Below, in pieces: positions 1 to 6,571 of a stretch of 64,000 bases of DNA (position 1 is its first letter; each line of letters begins with the position of its first letter). The stretch is taken from positions 9,362 to 73,361 of the forward strand of contig CAJQJY010000006.1 of NCBI GenBank assembly GCA_905478765.1, in the 5' to 3' direction. The notes beneath the pieces were generated by a model. It searched no databases. It saw only the letters and a program-made list of their open reading frames with translations, and had not been told where the DNA came from. Both the position numbers and the translations under genes were made by a program. Source of the DNA: an uncultured Flavobacteriales bacterium (lineage in GTDB: Bacteria > Bacteroidota > Bacteroidia > Flavobacteriales > BACL11).

Positions 1-102
1 TACTTGTATTAGTGTAGATGATGCAGCTTGGTCGACTTCTAATTGGGTAATATCTAGCGTAATTTTTGACCCTCAAAGCTCTTTAGCGTACAATGTACTT
101 AA
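1..102 (+). pseudogene. 3' end of a Bacteroidota LRR/surface-protein-like gene (partial, probably frameshifted)
   Basis: Frame 2 reads TCISVDDAAWSTSNWVISSVIFDPQS, resembling the 'LTCIxVDDxxWSTxNW...FSxxC' cap of flavobacterial LRR proteins. The FSVQCT-stop tail lies in another frame. Confidence 0.5.
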
Positions 103-144
103 AACAAAAAGGTATATTTTCTATTATATACTAAACGATATAAT

Positions 145-270
145 ATGCCATTTAAGAAAGGAACAAGCGGAAACCCTATAGGTAGACATAAAGGTTCAGT
201 AAGCACTACTACTAAGCTCATAAGAGAGCATATAAGCCAAGCAATTGACGGAAACAAGATAATGGAGTAG
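145..270 (+). pseudogene. DUF5681-like short ORF/remnant (41 aa)
   Basis: MPFKKGTSGNPIGRHKGSVSTTTKLIREHISQAIDGNKIME* contains the FKKGxSGNPxGRxKG motif. Confidence 0.6.
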
Positions 271-322
271 TGAATAATAATTCTTAAGTTTACAGACTTT
301 AAAACAATAGATTAACAAACAG

Positions 323-415
323 ATGAAAAGAACACTACTTTTTATATTCTCCTTACTTACTCTTAACCTAATAGCTAAAGATATTAAGTTTGTAGTATTA
401 TCAGTTGAATTATAA
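323..415 (+). pseudogene. Signal-peptide-like gene remnant (30 aa)
   Basis: MKRTLLFIFSLLTLNLIAKDIKFVVLSVEL* looks like the N-terminus of a secreted protein with an early stop. Confidence 0.3.
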
Positions 416-546
416 TTCTTATCTTTACCAGGCAGGGTAGAAAAGGATTTTATGCTCTTGTTAAAAGATTCTAAAAAGGTGTCCTAATAGGTGCACCCTT
501 AAGAATGAAAAAGATAAGTTACTGATAATAAGCAATATACTGGATA

Positions 547-569
547 GGTTCATCTCCCGTCCAGACCGC
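547..569 (+). repeat. att site: tRNA-Asp 3'-end fragment (left copy)
   Basis: GGTTCatcTCCCGTCCAGACCGC resembles the T-arm/acceptor 3' strand of tRNA-Asp (GGTTCGAGTCCCGTCCAGACCGC). The 13-bp core 557-569 is identical to 6398-6410. Confidence 0.8.
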
Positions 570-582
570 AACTAAAAGTTTT

Positions 583-618
583 AAACCCTTGTAATCCAAA
601 AGATTGCAGGGGTTTTTT
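583..618 (+). terminator. Intrinsic terminator after left att
   Basis: 14-bp stem AAACCCTTGTAATC/GATTGCAGGGGTTT with two G-U pairs, ending in a T run. Confidence 0.75.
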
Positions 619-626
619 AATTTCAA

Positions 627-649
627 GGGGAAGGATTAGGGGAAGGATT
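627..649 (+). repeat. Tandem GGGGAAGGATT x2, putative integrase arm-binding sites (left)
   Basis: GGGGAAGGATT-A-GGGGAAGGATT, with an identical copy at 6259-6281. Confidence 0.7.
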
Positions 650-825
650 TTTGTTTTAGAAATATTGTCTAACATTTTTTTTGGCATCAAATTCAGCACA
701 CAAATCTTCTTTAAATTATCTGTTGATAACTTAGCAAGTAACAATATAGTGTTAAGAACGAAAATCTATTTTTAGCTTCTATAATTTAAAGTTTCAGTTA
801 TATTGTTCTAAATTAATAAAAAAAA

Positions 826-1008
826 ATGGAGAATATATATTTAACAGAAAAACAAGTAGCTAAGAAGTATACAGTGGACACAAGAACTTTATACAACTTC
901 AGGAAAGCAGGCAAGTTAGAAAATGGTATTCATTTTTTCTATATAGGAAGACAGATTAGATACAAAGCCAATGAACTGCAAGAGTATTTTTTGAAACCTA
1001 AACATTAA
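826..1008 (+). CDS. Excisionase-like helix-turn-helix protein
   Basis: 60 aa, basic, YLTEKQVAKKYTVDTRTLYNFRKAGKL...GRQIRY pattern of MerR/HTH_17-type Xis. First gene inside the element. Confidence 0.8.
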   Translation: MENIYLTEKQVAKKYTVDTRTLYNFRKAGKLENGIHFFYIGRQIRYKANELQEYFLKPKH

Positions 1009-1045
1009 CCTATTAATTTTATTTTAACGTATTAAAGACTTATTT

Positions 1046-1064
1046 AAGGGGCGTTTACCCCCTT
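1046..1064. other. GC-rich hairpin upstream of Rep-like gene, candidate nick/origin site
   Basis: AAGGGG-CGTTTAC-CCCCTT in a very AT-rich spacer between xis and the HUH gene. Confidence 0.4.
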
Positions 1065-1125
1065 TAATCCTTACGTATTTAAAACTCAAAATAAATAAGT
1101 ATAACTAATTAAAAATCAAAGTATT

Positions 1126-1521
1126 ATGTATAAAGAAAATCAAAGAGAAATAGTTAGGTCAATGGGTAATTGGTTAGGTGGTATGCCTTGGGATATCTTC
1201 TCTACAATCACTTATAGATATGATATTAAAGCTAAACAGAATTATAGGATAATGACTGGCTTAGAGGAGTATTTAAAGAGCTTAGATAAGCCTTTTAATA
1301 TGTTCTGGGTTACTGAGTTCACTAACAGAAATTATAACACTCACAATCATCTCTTATTAAAGGGTAATATTGTTAATGATATTACTTATCATCTAAAGAC
1401 ACAAAGTCTTATAGGAGACTATGTCAAGCACTATCCTTATGAAAAGGGCGCAAGTATGTATGTGTCTAAGTTTATCTTTGATGATAAGACTAATTGGGGT
1501 TTAATAGACAATACAAAGTAA
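1126..1521 (+). CDS. Minimal HUH endonuclease, rolling-circle replication initiator-like
   Basis: Motif I FSTITY, VTE, motif II HNHLLL and motif III YVSK, in Rep order. Confidence 0.7.
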   Translation: MYKENQREIVRSMGNWLGGMPWDIFSTITYRYDIKAKQNYRIMTGLEEYLKSLDKPFNMFWVTEFTNRNYNTHNHLLLKGNIVNDITYHLKTQSLIGDYVKHYPYEKGASMYVSKFIFDDKTNWGLIDNTK

Positions 1522-1527
1522 ATAGAA

Positions 1528-1701
1528 ATGCCTTTGGATAATATAAACATGAAACATATAGTATTTGATAAAGGCACTGAAAGTTTAGAGGAGATTATTG
1601 AGAAAATAACATCTCAAGATACATTAGAAAGCAAAATTGGTGTGTACACAATGTTTAAATTAACTCGTTGTTTACAAAAGAGGTACAATTGCTACAATTA
1701 A
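1528..1701 (+). CDS. Hypothetical 57-aa protein or remnant
   Basis: ATG 6 bp after the Rep stop, MPLDNINMKHIVFDKGTESLEEIIEKITSQ... Below the ORF-track cutoff. Confidence 0.35.
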   Translation: MPLDNINMKHIVFDKGTESLEEIIEKITSQDTLESKIGVYTMFKLTRCLQKRYNCYN

Positions 1702-1855
1702 TCTTTATCTACAAATTAAACATCCTAATTCTTGGATTGAGATAAAGAAAATTTATTATCCAACTTTAGTTGACAGGGCTAAAAAACAATTTTACGTTAT
1801 AAAAAAGAGATTCTCTAAAATGTTTTTATATTTTCACAATTAAAATAAAAAATTT

Positions 1856-3073
1856 ATGGCGCATATAGTTAAATTTGAAATTAGAGATGAATTTCTTAAT
1901 AATGATGGAGAAGAAATTGAATTGGATGGAATAGATGTTGGTTTGATTGATATTTATTCAGATGAGTGTGAAGAATGCGAAGGCGCCGGAACCAATGTTG
2001 ATGGAAATGAGTGTGAAGAATGCGAAGGAACTGGAGAATGTGATGAATACATAAGTTGTGAAGGAGATGCGCAGGGTGTTCCTATTAGAGTTTATGATCA
2101 GTCAGAAGGGGGGTACACATGTGGAAATTATGATTATTATATAGTTACAGATATCCCTTTCGATTATGATATAGATGGAATTAATAATTGGAGAGATATT
2201 AAACATTTTGATTCTTATGAAGAAGCATCTGTTTGGATTGAAAATATTCCAACTATCACATATTCAGATGCAGTAGAAAAAGGATGGATAGTTACTCATG
2301 ATAATGAATGTGAGGATTGTGGGAATGACTTAGATGAGTGTGAATGTGAAGATGACGGGGAGTATAAAAAGTATCATTCAAATGGACAGATAAAGGCACA
2401 CTATCATATAAAGAATTTGTATAAAACAGGTGAATCTAAAGAATGGTATGAAAATGGTCAATTAAAAGAATTTAACATAGAAACAGATTTATTAAGACAG
2501 CATGAAGCTTGGAGAAAGGATGGTGAAGCTTCAGTATTTAGGAGTAAAAAACGTGTTAATGTTAAAGAAGAGTTTCAAGAGGAGTTTGAAAAGGCTTTTT
2601 ATAAATCATGGCATGATAATGGTCAATTAAAATTTATGTCTAACAATAAAGGAATATTTAAATGGTATCCAGATGGTTCAAAACAAATGGAAGATTTATA
2701 TTCTGACGACTATAAAGGTTTTGAGCATCCAGTTTTAGTGCTTAGAGATGGAAAAAAATATTTATATCAAAGTAAACAATATATTAGTAGGAAAAGTTGG
2801 GATGAAAGTGGTAAATTATATCCTGTCAAATTTAATAATCCTAAGATGGAAGATTCTTATGAAGAATGTAATGAAAAAACAGTAAGACTTAAATATGGAG
2901 CACAACCTTTTGATCTTCGTAAGGATATTACTGCTATAAACGTAAAATCTAATATTGAATATAAAATTTCTTCTGATCTAAGAATAACAGATTTAAATAA
3001 AGGATCTTACATTTTAAAGATAACCAATGATTATGAAGAAGCTATATCTCACAGGAAGTTAATTGTTGAATAA
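1856..3073 (+). CDS. Acidic Cys-rich protein with MORN-variant repeats and T9SS-CTD-like tail
   Basis: CEECEGAG/CEECEGTG, YHSNGQIK/WYENGQLK/WHDNGQLK/WYPDGSK repeats, C-terminal DLNKGSYILKIT...RKLIVE. Confidence 0.8.
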   Translation: MAHIVKFEIRDEFLNNDGEEIELDGIDVGLIDIYSDECEECEGAGTNVDGNECEECEGTGECDEYISCEGDAQGVPIRVYDQSEGGYTCGNYDYYIVTDIPFDYDIDGINNWRDIKHFDSYEEASVWIENIPTITYSDAVEKGWIVTHDNECEDCGNDLDECECEDDGEYKKYHSNGQIKAHYHIKNLYKTGESKEWYENGQLKEFNIETDLLRQHEAWRKDGEASVFRSKKRVNVKEEFQEEFEKAFYKSWHDNGQLKFMSNNKGIFKWYPDGSKQMEDLYSDDYKGFEHPVLVLRDGKKYLYQSKQYISRKSWDESGKLYPVKFNNPKMEDSYEECNEKTVRLKYGAQPFDLRKDITAINVKSNIEYKISSDLRITDLNKGSYILKITNDYEEAISHRKLIVE

Positions 3074-3132
3074 ATTATTTTTTTTAAAATAACTCATTAC
3101 TCATAAAATCAAAATATTTTCTATTATATAGT

Positions 3133-3186
3133 ATGCTATTTAAGAAAGGAACAAGTGGAAACCCTATAGGTAGGCCTAAAGGTTAA
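3133..3186 (+). pseudogene. Truncated DUF5681-like ORF (17 aa)
   Basis: MLFKKGTSGNPIGRPKG*, near-identical DNA to 145-198. Confidence 0.6.
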
Positions 3187-3537
3187 AGAATGTTCTTTTT
3201 ATTTCCAAACTATCTCAGTTATTTTCATTACCTTAGAGTCCTACAAGTTAATCATCTTTTTTAGGTTTTGTAAAGAAAAGAAAACACACCAAAACCCGTT
3301 GACAATTTTGATAACCCGTATGTTGTTCAATAGGGTTGTCATATAATTGTAAATGTGGTTGCGGAGTTTATTATTCTCTTTAGCAATTTTGAAATCCTTG
3401 TGATTTTTAAAATTGGTAATGATTTGTTATTATTCATTTTATTATCCGCCCATGTTATGTCTTCTCCGAAAGGGTAATTATCTTGTGCATAATAACTATT
3501 TAGTTTTCTTTGGCAAATTAGGTGCATAATAACTCAA

Positions 3538-3636
3538 AATGCCAGAATCTAATGTGTATATCTGACTACCTATAAATATCACATTAGACACGTAAACTAC
3601 TCTTAATCAACAGCTTGTAGTTATACTATTGGCATT
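3538..3636. other. Predicted three-way-junction structure (ncRNA or ssDNA signal)
   Basis: Nested perfect inverted repeats AATGCCA/TGGCATT, TCTAATGTG/CACATTAGA and AACTAC/GTAGTT. Confidence 0.4.
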
Positions 3637-3682
3637 ACCCCTATTAGTGTAAAATAATGTTTAAAGTAGTTATACTTATTTT

Positions 3683-3690
3683 TAACTTTG
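3683..3690 (+). promoter_or_regulatory. Bacteroidota -7 promoter box
   Basis: TAACTTTG fits TAnnTTTG and lies 6 bp before ATG 3697. Confidence 0.6.
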
Positions 3691-3696
3691 CCTATT

Positions 3697-5025
3697 ATGA
3701 AGAGGTTAACAAGTGTTGATTTTATAGAAAGAGCAAGGAAAACTCATGGAGATGAATATATATATGATAAGTCTACATATAAAACTGCTAAGGCTAAGAT
3801 AACAATCACGTGTAGATTACATGGTGATTTTGACCAACAAGCCTTTAGTCATCTAAGTGGTTCAGGTTGCCCTAAATGCTCAGGCAAGAATAAAACTAAT
3901 GAAGAATTTATTGCTAATGCTAAAGATATACATAATGACACATATGACTATTCAAAAACGGAATATATAAATAGTGAGAAAAAGATTATTGTTATATGTA
4001 AAGAACATGGTGAATTCAAACAATCTCCAGTTGTTCATTTAAGGGGTGCTGGATGTAAATTATGTGGCATAAGAGAAAATAAGAGTAAACAAAGAAGCTC
4101 TACTGCTGAGTTTATTAAAAAAGCTAATTTAGTGCATGGTGATAGATATGATTATAGTAAAGTAGAATATGTTAATTCTAAGACTAATATTAAGGTAATT
4201 TGTAATCAACATGGTAGTTTTGAGGTTTCGCCCTCTAATCATCTTAAAAATAGGAATTGTCCTAAATGTGGGCAAATTGCAAGAGCTAATAGCCGTAGAT
4301 TTACAAAAGAAGATTTTATAAATGAAGCAATTAAGGTTCATGGAGAGTTTTACATCTACGATAAGGTTGAATATATTAATAGTCAAACCCACATATTAAT
4401 CACATGCCCTAAACATGGCGACTTCATAACCTCACCAAATAATCACCTAAGAGGAAAGAAATGTCGTGAATGTCATTTTGAGAACCTTTCTTTAATATTT
4501 AGTGATGACACTGATTCTTTCATTAAGAAGGCTATAGAAACTCATGGCAAAACTTATGATTATAGTTTAGTGGATTATGTTAATGCAAAAGAAAAAGTAA
4601 AAATTATCTGCAAGGAACATGGCGTGTTTGAACAGAATACTTTCTCTCATATTAAAGGTGTGGGTTGCCCATCTTGTGCTTCATATGGTTTTGATAGATT
4701 AAAACCTTCAACCTTTTATATTAGAAAACTATATATGGATAATGGTGATATTGCATTAAAATATGGAATAACAAACCAGAAACATGAAGATAGAGCCTAT
4801 CAACAGAGCTTAGGATTAATGGGTGAGCTGGAAACAGTTTTTACTGCTCCTTGCTTAGGAGTAATAGCATTAGAGATTGAGGGTAAATGCAAAACTCTAT
4901 TTGGACGAAAAGGCTTTATATCAGAAGAGCAAATGCCAGATGGACATACTGAAACAGTTAAATACTCAGAAAACAATCTTAATAAGATAAAATCTATTAT
5001 TGATGAGGTGTTAAATGAGAAATAG
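3697..5025 (+). CDS. Putative endonuclease: five DUF723/CapR-like Zn repeats plus C-terminal GIY-YIG/T5orf172-like domain
   Basis: 5x YxYxxxxY...CxxHGxF...H...CxxC. C-terminus FYI...KYGIT...R...EIE...GHTE. Confidence 0.8.
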   Translation: MKRLTSVDFIERARKTHGDEYIYDKSTYKTAKAKITITCRLHGDFDQQAFSHLSGSGCPKCSGKNKTNEEFIANAKDIHNDTYDYSKTEYINSEKKIIVICKEHGEFKQSPVVHLRGAGCKLCGIRENKSKQRSSTAEFIKKANLVHGDRYDYSKVEYVNSKTNIKVICNQHGSFEVSPSNHLKNRNCPKCGQIARANSRRFTKEDFINEAIKVHGEFYIYDKVEYINSQTHILITCPKHGDFITSPNNHLRGKKCRECHFENLSLIFSDDTDSFIKKAIETHGKTYDYSLVDYVNAKEKVKIICKEHGVFEQNTFSHIKGVGCPSCASYGFDRLKPSTFYIRKLYMDNGDIALKYGITNQKHEDRAYQQSLGLMGELETVFTAPCLGVIALEIEGKCKTLFGRKGFISEEQMPDGHTETVKYSENNLNKIKSIIDEVLNEK

Positions 5026-6216
5026 TTAAACTACTTTCTTTAATTCAGTTGGATAAATCTCAAGAATCCTACTTAGCTTTACTTCTCTTTTAACCTGAAC
5101 ATAGTTCAAAAAGGTTGTTTCCTTTTTATGTCCTGTAATCCTCATTAAATCTCTTATTGGCACATCACTAATATATCCATTAGTGGCAAATGACCTTCTG
5201 GCTGTATGACATGTAACAAGCTCATATTTATTAGATTTTTTATCTCTATCTATTACTAACTCATCAATCTCAGCATTTCTACACACCTTCTTAATTTGCT
5301 TATTTAGTTTAGTATTTGATAGTTGAGGTAAAATGTAATTATACTTCTTAATAATCTCTAAGGCATTAGGATGAATTGGAATAGATACTTGTTCATTTGT
5401 TTTATGCATAGTTATATCAAGATAATTATCTGAAATACTATTCTTATTAACCTTTCTGTAATCACTATATCTTAATCCTAAGTAACACATCAATATAAAA
5501 GAATCCCTTGTTCTTTCAAGAGAGCCATTAAGATTTAGTTTTTGTAGTCTATTAATCTCTTCTATTGTAAGGTATATCTTTTTTGTTTTTTTTGACAATA
5601 CCTTAAAGGATTTCTTCTGATATTCAAGATTTTTATTGACACCCATTTCTGTGGCATAGTTCATAATACTTTTGATTGTCTTTATTCTCTTTCCAAAGGT
5701 GTTTAAGGAGTGATTTAAGCTCTTTATCATATAGGTCTGGAATCTTCTATAGAAATCAAGATTAATGCTCTCAAAACTCACTAAATAGCTAGTGTTATTT
5801 TCAAATTCTTTTAATGTTTTATAGGTCTGTAAGTAATCTCTCTTAGTTGTTTCTCTTAATTCATTATTTTGGTCAATATAGAGCATCATATATGAGAAAA
5901 AATCTTCTTTTTCTTGTCTATTTAACCTTACATCTAAATTTTTTCGTAGAACTTTATTATCAATTATCCTATCATTAACTTGTAAGTTATGATATATATC
6001 CATTATGGCATCTTCAACACTTTGTAGTTGCCTATTAATCTCTAAACTATGTGATGCTTGTGGCTTAACTCTACAAGTTAATTTATTCCAATTTGTTGGA
6101 TTTATAGAGTTCTTTGTTGAGTACTTAAAGACCTTATTATTGTAGTTGAAAAACATCAAAATAAGAGTCTCATTTTCCGATTTTTTGTCCTTTAAATAGA
6201 ATTTAGAATTTGCCAT
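5026..6216 (-). CDS. Tyrosine integrase (Bacteroidota type, arm-binding N-terminus + SAM-like + catalytic domain)
   Basis: GLRYSD, HTARRSFATN, TGHK and terminal Y. Start set at MANSKFYLK. Confidence 0.95.
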   Translation of the reverse strand: MANSKFYLKDKKSENETLILMFFNYNNKVFKYSTKNSINPTNWNKLTCRVKPQASHSLEINRQLQSVEDAIMDIYHNLQVNDRIIDNKVLRKNLDVRLNRQEKEDFFSYMMLYIDQNNELRETTKRDYLQTYKTLKEFENNTSYLVSFESINLDFYRRFQTYMIKSLNHSLNTFGKRIKTIKSIMNYATEMGVNKNLEYQKKSFKVLSKKTKKIYLTIEEINRLQKLNLNGSLERTRDSFILMCYLGLRYSDYRKVNKNSISDNYLDITMHKTNEQVSIPIHPNALEIIKKYNYILPQLSNTKLNKQIKKVCRNAEIDELVIDRDKKSNKYELVTCHTARRSFATNGYISDVPIRDLMRITGHKKETTFLNYVQVKREVKLSRILEIYPTELKKVV

Positions 6217-6258
6217 AATTATCAATCTTTATATAATATAACAACAAATATTTTGAAA

Positions 6259-6281
6259 GGGGAAGGATTAGGGGAAGGATT
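6259..6281 (+). repeat. Tandem GGGGAAGGATT x2, putative integrase arm-binding sites (right)
   Basis: Identical to 627-649. Confidence 0.7.
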
Positions 6282-6397
6282 TTTTAACATCAATTTCCAT
6301 TTCTTTCACTTTATTTCACTTTTGAAAGGTAGTATTCATCCTTAATTTATTGAAACGAAATGAAAGGAGATGAAAGGAGTTGTATAGATAGAGGGTG

Positions 6398-6410
6398 CCG
6401 TCCAGACCGC
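6398..6410 (+). repeat. att site: tRNA-Asp 3'-end fragment (right copy)
   Basis: CCGTCCAGACCGC, identical to 557-569. Confidence 0.8.
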
Positions 6411-6423
6411 TCAGTTAAAAGAT

Positions 6424-6459
6424 AAACCCTTGTAATTCAAAAGATTGCAGGGGTTTTTT
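6424..6459 (+). terminator. Intrinsic terminator after right att
   Basis: Same hairpin and T run as 583-618 with one substitution. Confidence 0.75.
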
Positions 6460-6571
6460 AATTTTTTTAGACTTTATAGTCATTCATAAAGGTGTAATAA
6501 ATAACAACCCTAATGTTAATAACTATAAAACCCTAAAGTCTTTCTCATCATAAGTAGGCTTAAATTTACAT

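Larger units (their letters stand above)
1..569. mobile_element. Right end of an upstream integrative element (partial)
   Basis: Ends in a tRNA-Asp 3' fragment (547-569), contains only gene remnants, and shares a ~70-bp segment with the downstream element. Confidence 0.6.
557..6410. mobile_element. Small integrative element (5,841 bp between att cores) with tyrosine integrase, Xis-like HTH and HUH Rep-like protein
   Basis: Flanking 13-bp direct repeat CCGTCCAGACCGC, identical arm-like repeats at both ends, integrase next to one end and excisionase next to the other. Confidence 0.88.

Noticed and set aside
500-569. Intact tRNA-Asp gene
   Set aside because: Only the 3' ~23 nt match. There is no 5' acceptor strand, D-arm or anticodon arm, so it is treated as an att remnant.
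550-744. 64-aa minus-strand ORF
   Set aside because: Runs across the att core, terminator and arm repeats, so it is probably spurious.
3339-3527. 62-aa minus-strand ORF in the element gap
   Set aside because: No recognisable motif, and it overlaps the 13-bp repeats. Not supportable as a gene.
3485-3636. CRISPR array, retron msr-msd or hammerhead ribozyme
   Set aside because: Only two short repeats, no cas or reverse transcriptase gene, and no CUGAnGA/GAAA core seen.
557-6410. Complete prophage or conjugative transposon
   Set aside because: No structural, lysis, large terminase, relaxase or T4SS genes.
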